Of a DNA stretch of 64,000 nucleotides, positions 37,987-47,922 are shown piece by piece. The notes below the pieces were generated by a model, which was given only the letters and a program-made list of their open reading frames with translations, was not told the origin of the DNA and did not search any database. The translations under genes and the position numbers were made by a program. Each line of letters starts with the position of its first letter. Position 1 is the stretch's first letter. Source of the DNA: Blastocatellia bacterium (GTDB lineage Bacteria > Acidobacteriota > Blastocatellia > UBA7656). The stretch is from contig CAVXWP010000007.1 of the NCBI GenBank assembly GCA_963765495.1, positions 704,001 through 768,000 of the forward strand, in the 5' to 3' direction.

Positions 37987-38928
37987 CGTTTTCGTGTAAA
38001 GCAGCTTTGCCCAACTCTGGTTCCTCTCAGCGAACGCCGCGCCGATGCCTGTGATGGCGCGAATTCGCAAATCATATTGCCTGAGCAGTTCTGGCTCGAT
38101 GTGATCTAGTGCGTGAAACTCGTCTGTGTTGATAAACAGGTTTGTGATGCGGCATCGGGCTAAGAGAGAAAGTGCCTGGCTGGAATCCGCAACGGGGGGG
38201 GCGTGAGCGACTACCGCGCAGCCGTAGTACCACGCCGGGTAAAGCATTTTGAACAACGTCTCGGGAGAGGCCCAGGCCAGAGGCGTCCAGAAAATCAGAT
38301 CATCTGACTTATCTAAATTATTATTTATCTCGAAGGCGGCGAGGTGCTCTGTCAAAGAGCCATGATTGAAAACCGCTGCCTTCAGTTCACTGCTTGCCGA
38401 TTGTTGATAGAAGACAAACGCGGGTGTTGACGCGGTGGTTTCAACCGTGATGAAGTCCGAGGAGGCGGCGTCTATTTCGCGCCAGAAATCGCGCCCCCCG
38501 TTTTGCGGCAAATCATCCGCTACAAAAACCGTTTCGAGGTGCGTCAGGCTCTCGATAAACTCTTTCATCCTGCCGATGACTGCGCTTTCGGCGATTATTA
38601 GCTTCGCGCCGCTGTCTTTGATCGCGGGCTGGAGCGTTTCCAAAGGCAGGGAAGGCGAGAGCGGAACGACCGTCGCGCCAAGCTTCAGCGTAGCCAGTTG
38701 CGCTACGGCCGCAGCCGCAGATTGAGGTAAGATCACCGCCACCCGATCCGCCTGATTTAATCGGCAGCCGTTCATTACCGTGGCAAACTTATCAGAGAGA
38801 AAATCCAGCGCCCCAAAGGTGTAAGTGTTGTTTGCAGCGGGCCTTGTTTCGATGAGCGCAACACGGGTGACGGGATTTTCGTGTCTGCGGCAAATCGCCG
38901 TCGCCAGATTTAATCCTTCAGCTTTCAT
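37957..38928 (-). CDS. Truncated/degenerate AMP-binding (acyl-CoA synthetase N-terminal) protein
   Basis: YTFGAL...DRVAVILPQ...LKLGATVVPL fold signature. The TSGTTGxPKG P-loop is replaced by QQSASSELKA; the C-terminal half is absent and the ORF ends inside a repeat. Confidence 0.65.
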   Translation of the reverse strand: MKAEGLNLATAICRRHENPVTRVALIETRPAANNTYTFGALDFLSDKFATVMNGCRLNQADRVAVILPQSAAAAVAQLATLKLGATVVPLSPSLPLETLQPAIKDSGAKLIIAESAVIGRMKEFIESLTHLETVFVADDLPQNGGRDFWREIDAASSDFITVETTASTPAFVFYQQSASSELKAAVFNHGSLTEHLAAFEINNNLDKSDDLIFWTPLAWASPETLFKMLYPAWYYGCAVVAHAPPVADSSQALSLLARCRITNLFINTDEFHALDHIEPELLRQYDLRIRAITGIGAAFAERNQSWAKLLYTKTTDQRGYDQL

Positions 38929-38949
38929 CTCTACAAAATCGGATATTTT

Positions 38950-39022
38950 GACAGGATTTACAAGATTTTTGAGGATTGGCAAAGATTCTCTTTTAATCTT
39001 GTTGTATCTTGTTAATCCTGTC
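38950..39022. repeat. GACAGGATT fold-back element, copy 1
   Basis: GACAGGATTTACAAGATT ... AATCTTGTTGTATCTTGTTAATCCTGTC. Confidence 0.85.
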
Positions 39023-39052
39023 TAGGTTTCTCTCAATCTTTCTTCGTGAAAG

Positions 39053-39072
39053 TTTTCCACATGTTTTCCACA
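39053..39072 (+). promoter_or_regulatory. Two tandem DnaA boxes
   Basis: TTTTCCACA at 39053-39061 and 39064-39072, both fitting TTWTNCACA. Confidence 0.65.
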
Positions 39073-39087
39073 GAGAAACTCCAATAG

Positions 39088-39134
39088 GATCAATATATTG
39101 GGTATTGCAATAAATTCGCTACCATTTATGGTGT
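39088..39134. promoter_or_regulatory. Tandem NrdR-box-like palindromes
   Basis: gatCAATATATTGggt and ctaCCATTTATGGtgt, 31 bp apart; extended -10 TGCTATATT at 39153-39161. Confidence 0.6.
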
Positions 39135-39237
39135 ACACATTCGCCCGCATTGTGCTATATTCGGCCCGCATAGAAATAGAAAGTCCTGTAGTAAACATCG
39201 CTTAAAAGCAGGCTTAGCCCTTATTTGAAAGTGTGAC

Positions 39238-42200
39238 ATGAACGAAAAAGACTTTGTGCATCTTCACCTCCATACCGATTTCAGCTTACTCGACGGAGCG
39301 ATTCAGATAAAGCCGCTGGCGCAGCGGGCCATTGAGACGGGCGCGCGGGCCGTGGCCGTCACCGATCACGGGAATATGTATGGAGCAATCTCTTTCTACA
39401 ATCAGATGAAGGGCTCCGGCATCAAGCCTATCATAGGCATGGAAGCCTATATCGCAAGAGGCAAGCACACGGACCGGGGCGACGCTACGGGCGAGCGGGG
39501 GACCAATCATATAATCCTGCTGGCGAAAAATCTTGCGGGCTATCATAACCTGGCCCGGCTGTCGTCGTTCGCCTTCACCGAAGGCTACTATTACAAGCCG
39601 CGCATAGACAAAGAACTGCTGGCCAAACACAGCGAGGGCATAATAGCGCTTTCGGCCTGTTTGTCGGGCGTGCCGTCGTCGCTGCTGCTCAAGGACAAGT
39701 TCGATGATGCCGCGCGTCAGGCGATGGAGTTCGAAGACATTCTGGGCAAAGGCAATTACTATCTCGAAGTCCAGAATCACAATCTCGAAGAAGAGACGGG
39801 CACCGTAATTCCCGGGATGCTGGAATTGTCGAAGAAGACGGGCATTCCGCTCGTCGCTACAAATGACTGCCACTACCTTATGCGCGATGACTGGCGCGCT
39901 CACGACATTCTCGTATGCATAGGCGCGGGCAAGACCGTAAATGAAAAGCGGGGACTCAAGTACAAAGAGGGCGAGTTTTATGTCCGTACCGCAAAAGAGA
40001 TGTGGCTCATCTTTGGCAAAGACATGCCGGACGCGCTGTTAAACACCGTAGCGATTGCCGAGATGTGCGAGCTTGAGCTTCCAAAGGGGCAGAACCACCT
40101 GCCAGTTTATCGCGTGCCCGAAGGCGAGACGACCGACAGCTATTTCGCAAAGATGGCGCGGCGCGGGCTTGAAGAGCGATGGGAGAACGTCAAGGATCGG
40201 CCCGACCGCAAATATGATCTCGACGACTATAGATTGCGTCTCGAACAGGAGATCGATGTCATAACTCAGATGGGATTTCCGGGTTACTTCCTGATCGTCT
40301 GGGATTTCATCGCCTATGCCAGAAAGAATAACATTCCAGTGGGGCCGGGGCGCGGATCGGCAGCCGGTTCGCTCGTGGCTTATTCTTTGAGAATCACCGA
40401 CATTGATCCTCTGCAATATGATTTGCTGTTTGAGCGTTTTCTAAATCCCGAGCGCGTCTCGATGCCCGATATAGATATTGATTTCTGTGTGCGTGGCCGT
40501 CAGCAGGTAATCAATTATGTAGCGGATTATTACGGGCGAGATCACGTGTCGCAGATCAGCACGTTTGGGACGATGGCATCGAAGGCGGTTATCAAGGATG
40601 TTGGCCGCGCGCTTGAGATGCCCTACTCCGAAGTAGACAAGATCGCAAAGATGATCCCTCCGCCCGTGCGGGGTCGCAACGTCTCTATCGAAGACGCGAT
40701 CAAACAGAACCCCGACCTCAAGCGGGCGATAGATACGGACCAGCGCGTGCAGGATTTGATAGAGATAGCCCGCAGGCTCGAAGGCTGCTCGCGCCATTCA
40801 TCGGTTCACGCCGCCGGCGTAGTGATTTCGCCAAAGCCGCTTTATGAGCTTGTCCCGGTTTCAAAGACATCGCGCGATGAAATAACCACACAGTATTCGA
40901 TGTCGGACCTGGAAAAGACCGGGATGCTCAAGATGGACTTCCTGGCTCTGACCACGCTCACGATCATCGACGATTGCCTGAAATCCATCGAGCGCGAGAC
41001 GGGCGCGATGCTCGATATAGCGAAGATACCGCTTGATGATCAGGCGGCTTTGCAGCTTTTTGCGGATGGTAAGACGGAGGCGATCTTTCAGTTTGAGTCG
41101 GAGGGCATGAAAGATATTTGTCGCCGCCTGAAACCCGATGGTCTTGAAGATTTGTCGGCTCTCAACGCGCTTTACCGCCCCGGCCCGATTGATTCAGGCA
41201 TGGTGGATGACTTTATCGAACGTCGCCACGGGCGAAGGAAAGTGCGCTATGATTTTCCCGAACTCAAAGAAGTAATGGGCAACACGCTGGGAATCTGCGT
41301 TTATCAAGAGCAATTGATGGCCGTCTTTCAAAAGCTCGCGGCCTATTCGCTGGGCGAAGCCGATCTGGTACGCCGCGCAATGGGCAAGAAGAAGCGCGAA
41401 GAACTCGACAAGCATAAAGTGAAATTCCTGAAGCAGGCCACCGAACGCGGCCACGACCGCGCAAAGCTTGAAAAACTTTGGCAGAGCTTCGAGGGGTTTG
41501 CCGATTACGCGTTTAATCGCGCTCACAGTTTTTCTTACGGCTATCTCGCCTATCAAACCGCTTACCTCAAGGCTCACTTTCCGACCCACTTCTGGGCGGC
41601 GGTGTTGTCGAACGAATTGAACAATACCGCAAAGGTAGTCAAATACATCAACGAGGCTCGCGCGCAGGGGATCGAGATATTGCCTCCAGATGTGAATGCC
41701 AGCCTGGATTGTTTTACAGCGACCGGCGACAAGATCAGGTTCGGCCTTGCAGCCATCAAGGGGATAGGTCAATCGGCTGTTTCCAGTGTTGTCGAGGCTC
41801 GAAACACAGGCGGTCCGTTCCGCTCCATATTCGATTTTACCGATCGGGTTGACTCGCGCGCCGTAAACAAGCGCGTACTTGAGAGCCTGATTCGCGCGGG
41901 GGCTTTCGATTCGCTCAACAACAGACGAGCGCAGATGTTTGCGGCTATTGATCCGGCCATCGAGAGCGGGCAGCGGCTTCAACGATCTCGCGCCACCGGG
42001 CAGACCGATCTTTTCGGTGCGCTCGCTTCTACGATGGCTGTTGCAGACGCGCCGCTGCCTGATATCGCAGAGTGGCAGCCGCAGGAACTCTTGAAGGGCG
42101 AAAAAGAGACGCTCGGTTTTTACATATCGGGTCATCCTCTGATGCGCTTTCAGGATGCGCTGAAAGATTTTGCCAATGCCGATGTAGACCGTCTCTCAAC

Positions 42201-42741
42201 TTTCCATAACGGGGCGCAGGTCGCGCTCGGCGGCATTGTGATGGACCTCAACGTGCGCACGACCAAAAAAGGCGACCGCTTTGCGCTCTTACAACTCGAA
42301 GATCAATTCGGCTCCGTCAAAATCGTAGCCTGGCCCGATCTCTATTCAAAATCGAACGGCGTTCTTCAAAACGACGCGCTGGTGCTTGTCAAAGGGCGGC
42401 TCGAAGTCGATGACGGCGGCGCGATGTCTGTGATCGCAGATGAGGTGCAGGCTCTTGAAAACATCCGCGAACGAAGCGCAGGCATAATGGTGCTTTATTT
42501 CAACGTCGAGGTGATAGATCAGGAGCGGCTGGAGCGGCTCTACAATTTGCTGGATTCTCACCGGGGCGATTGCCAGATCGTCTTTGAAGTGACGCTTGAT
42601 GACGGCTCTATAGCCCGCGTACAGCCAAACCAGTTTGTTCGCGTCAAGGTATCGCCCGAGTTGACAAATTCGATCAAAGAGACTCTGGGCGATTGTCACG
42701 TGGAACTCGTCGTCCAGAGGGCATTCGGCGCAAACGGCTGA
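39238..42741 (+). CDS. dnaE: DNA polymerase III alpha subunit
   Basis: FVHLHLHTDFSLLDG (PHP), GPGRGSAAGS, FERFLNPERVSMPDIDIDF, KMDFL, YAFNRAH, OB fold. Confidence 0.98.
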   Translation: MNEKDFVHLHLHTDFSLLDGAIQIKPLAQRAIETGARAVAVTDHGNMYGAISFYNQMKGSGIKPIIGMEAYIARGKHTDRGDATGERGTNHIILLAKNLAGYHNLARLSSFAFTEGYYYKPRIDKELLAKHSEGIIALSACLSGVPSSLLLKDKFDDAARQAMEFEDILGKGNYYLEVQNHNLEEETGTVIPGMLELSKKTGIPLVATNDCHYLMRDDWRAHDILVCIGAGKTVNEKRGLKYKEGEFYVRTAKEMWLIFGKDMPDALLNTVAIAEMCELELPKGQNHLPVYRVPEGETTDSYFAKMARRGLEERWENVKDRPDRKYDLDDYRLRLEQEIDVITQMGFPGYFLIVWDFIAYARKNNIPVGPGRGSAAGSLVAYSLRITDIDPLQYDLLFERFLNPERVSMPDIDIDFCVRGRQQVINYVADYYGRDHVSQISTFGTMASKAVIKDVGRALEMPYSEVDKIAKMIPPPVRGRNVSIEDAIKQNPDLKRAIDTDQRVQDLIEIARRLEGCSRHSSVHAAGVVISPKPLYELVPVSKTSRDEITTQYSMSDLEKTGMLKMDFLALTTLTIIDDCLKSIERETGAMLDIAKIPLDDQAALQLFADGKTEAIFQFESEGMKDICRRLKPDGLEDLSALNALYRPGPIDSGMVDDFIERRHGRRKVRYDFPELKEVMGNTLGICVYQEQLMAVFQKLAAYSLGEADLVRRAMGKKKREELDKHKVKFLKQATERGHDRAKLEKLWQSFEGFADYAFNRAHSFSYGYLAYQTAYLKAHFPTHFWAAVLSNELNNTAKVVKYINEARAQGIEILPPDVNASLDCFTATGDKIRFGLAAIKGIGQSAVSSVVEARNTGGPFRSIFDFTDRVDSRAVNKRVLESLIRAGAFDSLNNRRAQMFAAIDPAIESGQRLQRSRATGQTDLFGALASTMAVADAPLPDIAEWQPQELLKGEKETLGFYISGHPLMRFQDALKDFANADVDRLSTFHNGAQVALGGIVMDLNVRTTKKGDRFALLQLEDQFGSVKIVAWPDLYSKSNGVLQNDALVLVKGRLEVDDGGAMSVIADEVQALENIRERSAGIMVLYFNVEVIDQERLERLYNLLDSHRGDCQIVFEVTLDDGSIARVQPNQFVRVKVSPELTNSIKETLGDCHVELVVQRAFGANG

Positions 42742-42761
42742 TCGCCGCCTGCCATATTTTT

Positions 42762-42834
42762 GACAGGATTAACAGGATTCTAAAGGATTAACGAGGATTC
42801 TCTCTTAATCTTTTTGAATCCTGTTAATCCTGTC
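42762..42834. repeat. GACAGGATT fold-back element, copy 2
   Basis: GACAGGATTAACAGGATTC ... GAATCCTGTTAATCCTGTC. Confidence 0.85.
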
Positions 42835-42886
42835 TATTTCTTTTTCCGCATCGGTTATAATAAACGTAAGGGATTAGGAGAATGCT

Positions 42887-44077
42887 ATGGCAATAAAGTT
42901 TCCGATCTACATGGACTATCACGCGACGACCCCGTGTGACCCGCGCGTATTTGAGGCGATGCGTCCCTATTTCACGGAGACGTTCGGCAACGCTTCGAGC
43001 CGAAGTCACAGGTTCGGATGGGATGCCGAAGAGGCGGTCGAAAATGCGCGCAAGCAGATGGCCGATCTGGTAGGCGCTTCGCCAAAAGAGATCGTATTTA
43101 CGGCGGGCGCTACCGAATCGGACAATCTCGCCGTCAAGGGCGCAGCAGAGAAGTATCGCGAACGCGGCGACCACATCATCACCGTCGTAACCGAACACGA
43201 CGCGGTGCTCGATTCCTGCAAGACGCTTGAATCGCGCGGATTTGCGGTCACATACCTTCCGGTCGCAAGCGACGGCCTCATATCGCCCGATGATGTGAAA
43301 AACGCAATCACCGATAAGACGATTCTGGTGTCGGTCATGCACGCCAACAACGAGATAGGCGTGATTCAGCCAATAGCCGAGATAGGCGCGATCTGCAAAG
43401 AACGAGAGATACTGTTTCACACAGACGCCACTCAGGCGATCGGCAAAATCCCCTTCGATGTGAACCGGCTGGGCGTAGACCTCGTTTCGCTTTCGGCGCA
43501 CAAGATGTATGGTCCAAAGGGCGTGGGAGTCCTCTATGTTCGCCGCAAGGGGCCGCGCGTTTCGCTAGCGCCCATGTTTGACGGCGGAGGGCAGGAGCGC
43601 GGCATTCGAAGCGGCACGCTCAATGTCACGGGCATAGTCGGATTGGGCAAGGCGGCAGAGATTGCCCAATCCGAACTCGAAAGCGAAAGCGAAAGATTAT
43701 TCGCGCTCCGCGAGCGGTTGCGTCAGGGAATAATGAATGAGATAGAGGGCGTGCATGTCAACGGGTCTGAAAAGAATCGGCTGGCTGGAAACCTCAACCT
43801 CTCGTTTGCACACGTCGAAGGCGAATCGCTTTTGATGAGCCTCAATCGTGACATAGCCGTTTCGTCAGGCTCGGCCTGTACCTCCTCAAGCATCAAGGCC
43901 AGCCACGTTTTGTCTGCTCTCGGGCTGAGCGACGATCTGGCTCATAGCTCTGTCAGGTTCGGGCTCGGCCGCTTTAACACCGAGGAAGAAATTGATTACA
44001 CAATCGGGCGAGTGCGCGAGGTGGTAAAGCAACTCCGAGAGCTTTCGCCCTACTGGGAGGCGGCCGGAAGCATCTGA
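42887..44077 (+). CDS. iscS: Cysteine desulfurase IscS
   Basis: [21 protein letters not shown] (PLP Lys), [17 protein letters not shown]; AGGAG RBS. Confidence 0.95.
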   Translation: MAIKFPIYMDYHATTPCDPRVFEAMRPYFTETFGNASSRSHRFGWDAEEAVENARKQMADLVGASPKEIVFTAGATESDNLAVKGAAEKYRERGDHIITVVTEHDAVLDSCKTLESRGFAVTYLPVASDGLISPDDVKNAITDKTILVSVMHANNEIGVIQPIAEIGAICKEREILFHTDATQAIGKIPFDVNRLGVDLVSLSAHKMYGPKGVGVLYVRRKGPRVSLAPMFDGGGQERGIRSGTLNVTGIVGLGKAAEIAQSELESESERLFALRERLRQGIMNEIEGVHVNGSEKNRLAGNLNLSFAHVEGESLLMSLNRDIAVSSGSACTSSSIKASHVLSALGLSDDLAHSSVRFGLGRFNTEEEIDYTIGRVREVVKQLRELSPYWEAAGSI

Positions 44078-44113
44078 AATCTCAGATTTGAGATGTGAGA
44101 TTTGAAATCTGAA
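44072..44113. repeat. AT(T/C)TGA(G/A) heptamer tract
   Basis: ATCTGAAATCTCAGATTTGAGATGTGAGATTTGAAATCTGAA. Related tracts at 14653-14677 and 45312-45393. Confidence 0.75.
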
Positions 44114-44125
44114 ACAGGGTTCAAG

Positions 44126-45328
44126 ATGAAAGTCTACCTCGACAACAGCGCGACGACGGCGGTAGCTCCCGAAGTGGTTGAAGCCATGCTGCCGTACTTT
44201 TATGAAGAGAGCGGCAACGCGCAATCGGTGCATTCATTTGGCCAGCGCGCAAAGGCGGCAATCGAAAATGCCAGGCGGCAGGTTGCGGCGCTCATCAATG
44301 CTGCGCCCGCCGAGATAGTCTTTGTGTCGGGCGGGACCGAGGCGGATAATCAGGCCGTTCACGGAATCGCCGAAGCTCATAAAGAGCATGGCCGTCACAT
44401 CATAACCACACAGATAGAGCACCCGGCGGTACTGGCTACCTGCGAGGCGCTTGAGCGTTCCGGGTTTACAGTCACATATCTGCCGGTTTCCGACAGTGGC
44501 GTGGTCAGCGTCGAAGATGTGCGCGCTGCTATAGGCGATGAGACGATTTTAATTTCCGTTATGACGGCCAACAACGAAACGGGGGCGCTTCAGCCGATAA
44601 ACGAGATAGGAGCAATCGTGGCCGAAGTTCGCGCGAGTGGTCGGAGGCATCTCTATTTCCACACAGACGCCGTGCAGGCAGCCGCAAAAATCCCTCTCGA
44701 TGTGAAACGGATGGGTGTTGATCTGCTCTCGCTATCCGGGCACAAATTTCACGGACCGAAGGGCGTCGGCGCTCTCTACATAAAAAGAGGCACGCGACTG
44801 GCAAAGTTGATTTACGGCGGCCATCACGAACGTGACCGGCGCGCGGGCACTGAAAATGTCCCCGGCATAGTCGGTTTTGGACGGGCTGCCGAGATGGCCC
44901 GCATCCACCTGGCCGAGCGGGCATCGCGCATGCGCGAGATTCGGGATTATGCCGAGCAGCAATTGACGGCTCGCATAGATGGCGTGCGGGTGAACGGGGA
45001 TGAAATGCGCCGCGTGCCTAACATCCTGAATCTCAGTTTCGAGGGTGTTGACGGCGAGAGCCTTTTGATCGCTCTGGATCTGAAAGGCATAGCCGTGTCA
45101 ACGGGTTCGGCCTGTTCTTCGGGGTCGCTTGAACCGAGCCATGTTCTAACGGCGATGGGTCTCACGCGCGAGGAAGTGCGCGGGAGTCTTCGCTTCAGTC
45201 TGAGCGCATACACTACACGCGAAGAGATTGATTACACGATTGCCGCGCTTGAGGCGACCGTCACCCGGTTGCGAGAAATGCTCCCCGATAAAACGGAGGA
45301 ACCTGCTCTCTTGAAATCTCAGATTTGA
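44126..45328 (+). CDS. nifS: Cysteine desulfurase, NifS/IscS type (second paralogue)
   Basis: VYLDNSATT, SGHKFHGPKG, RAGTENVPG, STGSACSSGSLEPSHVL. Confidence 0.92.
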   Translation: MKVYLDNSATTAVAPEVVEAMLPYFYEESGNAQSVHSFGQRAKAAIENARRQVAALINAAPAEIVFVSGGTEADNQAVHGIAEAHKEHGRHIITTQIEHPAVLATCEALERSGFTVTYLPVSDSGVVSVEDVRAAIGDETILISVMTANNETGALQPINEIGAIVAEVRASGRRHLYFHTDAVQAAAKIPLDVKRMGVDLLSLSGHKFHGPKGVGALYIKRGTRLAKLIYGGHHERDRRAGTENVPGIVGFGRAAEMARIHLAERASRMREIRDYAEQQLTARIDGVRVNGDEMRRVPNILNLSFEGVDGESLLIALDLKGIAVSTGSACSSGSLEPSHVLTAMGLTREEVRGSLRFSLSAYTTREEIDYTIAALEATVTRLREMLPDKTEEPALLKSQI

Positions 45329-45393
45329 GATTTGAGATTTGAGACGGGGCTGCCGATAGGAGATTTCGATAAAACTTAAATATGAGATTTGAG
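45312..45393. repeat. ATTTGAG heptamer tract
   Basis: AATCTCAGATTTGAGATTTGAGATTTGAG ... ATATGAGATTTGAG; supplies the nifS stop and abuts the iscU start. Confidence 0.75.
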
Positions 45394-45395
45394 CC

Positions 45396-45755
45396 ATGTA
45401 CAGTCAGCAGGTAGCCGAGCATATCGCAAACCCGCGCAATGTCGGGGAACTCGAATCTCCTTCGGGCACGGGTGATGTAATCAATCAGGCTTGTATGGAC
45501 AGAATAAAATTGACCGTTCGCATTGACGGCGGTCGTTTGACCGAAGCAAGGGTCAAGGCTCATGGCTGCCCGCCGACTATCGCCGCCGCATCGGTCCTGA
45601 CCGAATTGATAATTGGCCGCTCACTTTCCGATGTGGAATCCCTTGGCAGGCAGGACGTAATTGACGCGCTTGGGCGACTGCCTCCCGCAAAGAAACATTG
45701 TGCCGTGCTGGCTATAGACGCATTGCGCGCAGCACTCGAAGACAGTCGCCAGTAG
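45396..45755 (+). CDS. iscU: IscU/NifU-N Fe-S scaffold protein
   Basis: YSQQVAEHIANPRNVG, ACMD, GC..IAAAS, LPPAKKHC. Confidence 0.9.
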   Translation: MYSQQVAEHIANPRNVGELESPSGTGDVINQACMDRIKLTVRIDGGRLTEARVKAHGCPPTIAAASVLTELIIGRSLSDVESLGRQDVIDALGRLPPAKKHCAVLAIDALRAALEDSRQ

Positions 45756-45767
45756 ATCGGGCTTTAC

Positions 45768-46646
45768 TTAGACAGAGACAATAGCGCCGCAGCGATGGCA
45801 GAATATCTCTCCAAACGCGATAGTTGACCCGCAATCGGCGCAGATGAACCCCTGTACCTCGTCAACGCAGCGAATCTCTCTGGGCTCCAATTGAATATCC
45901 TGCTCATCCTGAACGAGCCCGGCGACAAGCTCACCCGTGGCAGTAGAGCCCGATTCCAGAGCCTCGATGGCGGTCTCTGTCGGGGCGCTCAAATCGCCTG
46001 TGGATTCTTTCTCGACCGCGCTCTGATCATGCAAGTCGAGGTCTGTGTCATCATCGAACCAGGTTGAAGTATCCATCGCCGGACTGTCTTCGGCGAGTCT
46101 TCGCGTATCCGATCTGAGTGATAAAAGGATGCCACCCATGCGTGTTACTATTTGATCGACGGGTTCAGCCTCTTTCGGGCTATCGTCTTTGTGGCTATAG
46201 TCCGCAGGAGCAACACAAGCGGGCATCTCTTCGACAATCTCATCTTTTACAAACTCGACGAGCGGGCCCGTAATAGGTTCGACGGGCAATTCCATCTCCT
46301 GGTGCGGAGCCATCTCCAGCGGATCGTCAAGGTGTATCTGAGATTCTTCGATTTCTGCGACCGGCAATATCTCTACCGGCAAGATTTCTGCCGGTGCTGT
46401 TTCTACTGGTGCTGCTTCTGTCGGTGCTGTTTCGATAATCTCTTCTTCCGAGTCCGCTTCGTTGAATGGCTGCGCCTCGGCGTCGAGGTCCCGGGATCCA
46501 TCTGCCACACTAACCTGCTCTTCGGGCGAAAGATTACTGAAGGCCAGCAGATCATTATAAAGCTCGATTTCAAGATTTTCGTCCGAGCAGGAGTTGATCA
46601 GACCTGAATTCGAACCCATATCAGACATCTTATAATCCAATTGCAT
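45768..46646 (-). CDS. Acidic low-complexity protein with C-terminal zinc ribbon
   Basis: D/E-rich body, CADCG...FCHRCG, GGAG upstream. Confidence 0.7.
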   Translation of the reverse strand: MQLDYKMSDMGSNSGLINSCSDENLEIELYNDLLAFSNLSPEEQVSVADGSRDLDAEAQPFNEADSEEEIIETAPTEAAPVETAPAEILPVEILPVAEIEESQIHLDDPLEMAPHQEMELPVEPITGPLVEFVKDEIVEEMPACVAPADYSHKDDSPKEAEPVDQIVTRMGGILLSLRSDTRRLAEDSPAMDTSTWFDDDTDLDLHDQSAVEKESTGDLSAPTETAIEALESGSTATGELVAGLVQDEQDIQLEPREIRCVDEVQGFICADCGSTIAFGEIFCHRCGAIVSV

Positions 46647-46793
46647 CGGGTCATTTCTCCAGGGGGTCGAAAGCAGGGGCAGGACGATTTTACGACAAGA
46701 TGCCCGCCATTTCTATACAAATTGTTGTCCGGCGGTGAGGGGTGCTAACATCTCTTCGCGACTTGCAGCAAAGGTTTCGACCGCACAGATGAT

Positions 46794-47801
46794 ATGCCAA
46801 AGGAATCCGAAATAATCTCGCGAATCAGGTCCCGCGCCGGGGCGAGTGGGCGCGTCCTTGTTCCCATAGGGGATGACGCGGCTGTAATCAGTTGGGCGGG
46901 CGGAAACCACCTGATCGCCTGTTGTGACCTGATGGTCGAAGGCGTGCACTTTAAGACCGAATGGGGAGTGCCCCGGTTGCTGGGCCGTAAGGCGCTTGCC
47001 GTCACCTTGAGCGATGTGGCGGCAATGGGTGGTACCCCTCTGTTTGCGATGATAAGCCTTGCTATTCCCGGGTCGATCTCGGCGGAATTCACCGATGAGG
47101 TATTGGCAGGCATCTTTGACATGGCCGAACAGAGCGGCGTCTCGATCATCGGCGGAGACACATCAAGCGCGCCCGATTCGTTGTTTATTGATACAAGCGT
47201 GATAGGCGAATGCGCAAACGGCAGGGCCATCACTCGCGGCGGTGCACGTGCAGGCGATATCATTTTTGTCACCGATTCGCTTGGCGGATCATCACTCGGA
47301 CTCTCGCTGTTGCAGCAGGGATTTAGATTGGATGATGAATCGAAATCCGAAAAAGGAGCATCAAGAAGACGCGCAATCGAGAGACACCTGGCGCCCGAGC
47401 CACGCCTGAAATTTGGCCGCGCGCTTGGTGAAGCGGCACTGGCCACGGCTATGATTGATATAAGCGACGGCCTCAGTACCGATCTTTCTCACATTCTTGA
47501 AGAGAGCGGTTGCGGAGCGATCATTCGGGCGGGTGCGATCCCAGTTGCTGAAAGTGTTGTCCGGCTCCGAGATGCCGGTTTGGAAATCTCTCCCTTGAAT
47601 CTGGCTCTGCACGGCGGAGAAGAGTACGAGTTGCTCTTTACCATTTCACCTGAAAATCGTGAGAGCGCGCGCGAGTTAGCAATCGAGAATGGCGCGTCGA
47701 TCACCGAGATAGGAGAGATAATCTCAGGCGAGGGATTGCAGATTGAGCGTGATGGAGCGTTGGAAGATGTTCGGCCCCTAGGGTATGAGCATGTTATCTA
47801 A
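46794..47801 (+). CDS. thiL: Thiamine-phosphate kinase
   Basis: IGDDAA, DLMVEGVHF, LSDVAAMG, GGDT, IDISDGL, GGEEYELLFT. Confidence 0.95.
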   Translation: MPKESEIISRIRSRAGASGRVLVPIGDDAAVISWAGGNHLIACCDLMVEGVHFKTEWGVPRLLGRKALAVTLSDVAAMGGTPLFAMISLAIPGSISAEFTDEVLAGIFDMAEQSGVSIIGGDTSSAPDSLFIDTSVIGECANGRAITRGGARAGDIIFVTDSLGGSSLGLSLLQQGFRLDDESKSEKGASRRRAIERHLAPEPRLKFGRALGEAALATAMIDISDGLSTDLSHILEESGCGAIIRAGAIPVAESVVRLRDAGLEISPLNLALHGGEEYELLFTISPENRESARELAIENGASITEIGEIISGEGLQIERDGALEDVRPLGYEHVI

Positions 47802-47816
47802 AGAGATACGCTCGCC

Positions 47817-47918
47817 GATGCGCGATGCGCGATGCGTGATACGCGATCTTACAAGGGACTTGCCTGTTAAAAACAACTTGCAAGCCTGCTTTCGTCACGC
47901 ATCACGCATCACGTTTCA
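47817..47918. repeat. GCGTGAT-heptamer fold-back element, copy 5
   Basis: Arms plus core GCCTGTTAAAAACAACTTGCAAGCCTGCTT. Confidence 0.85.
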
Positions 47919-47922
47919 CTAT

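Noticed and set aside
39053-39072. oriC
   Set aside because: Only two DnaA boxes, no unwinding element and no dnaA/dnaN context; more likely promoter regulation.
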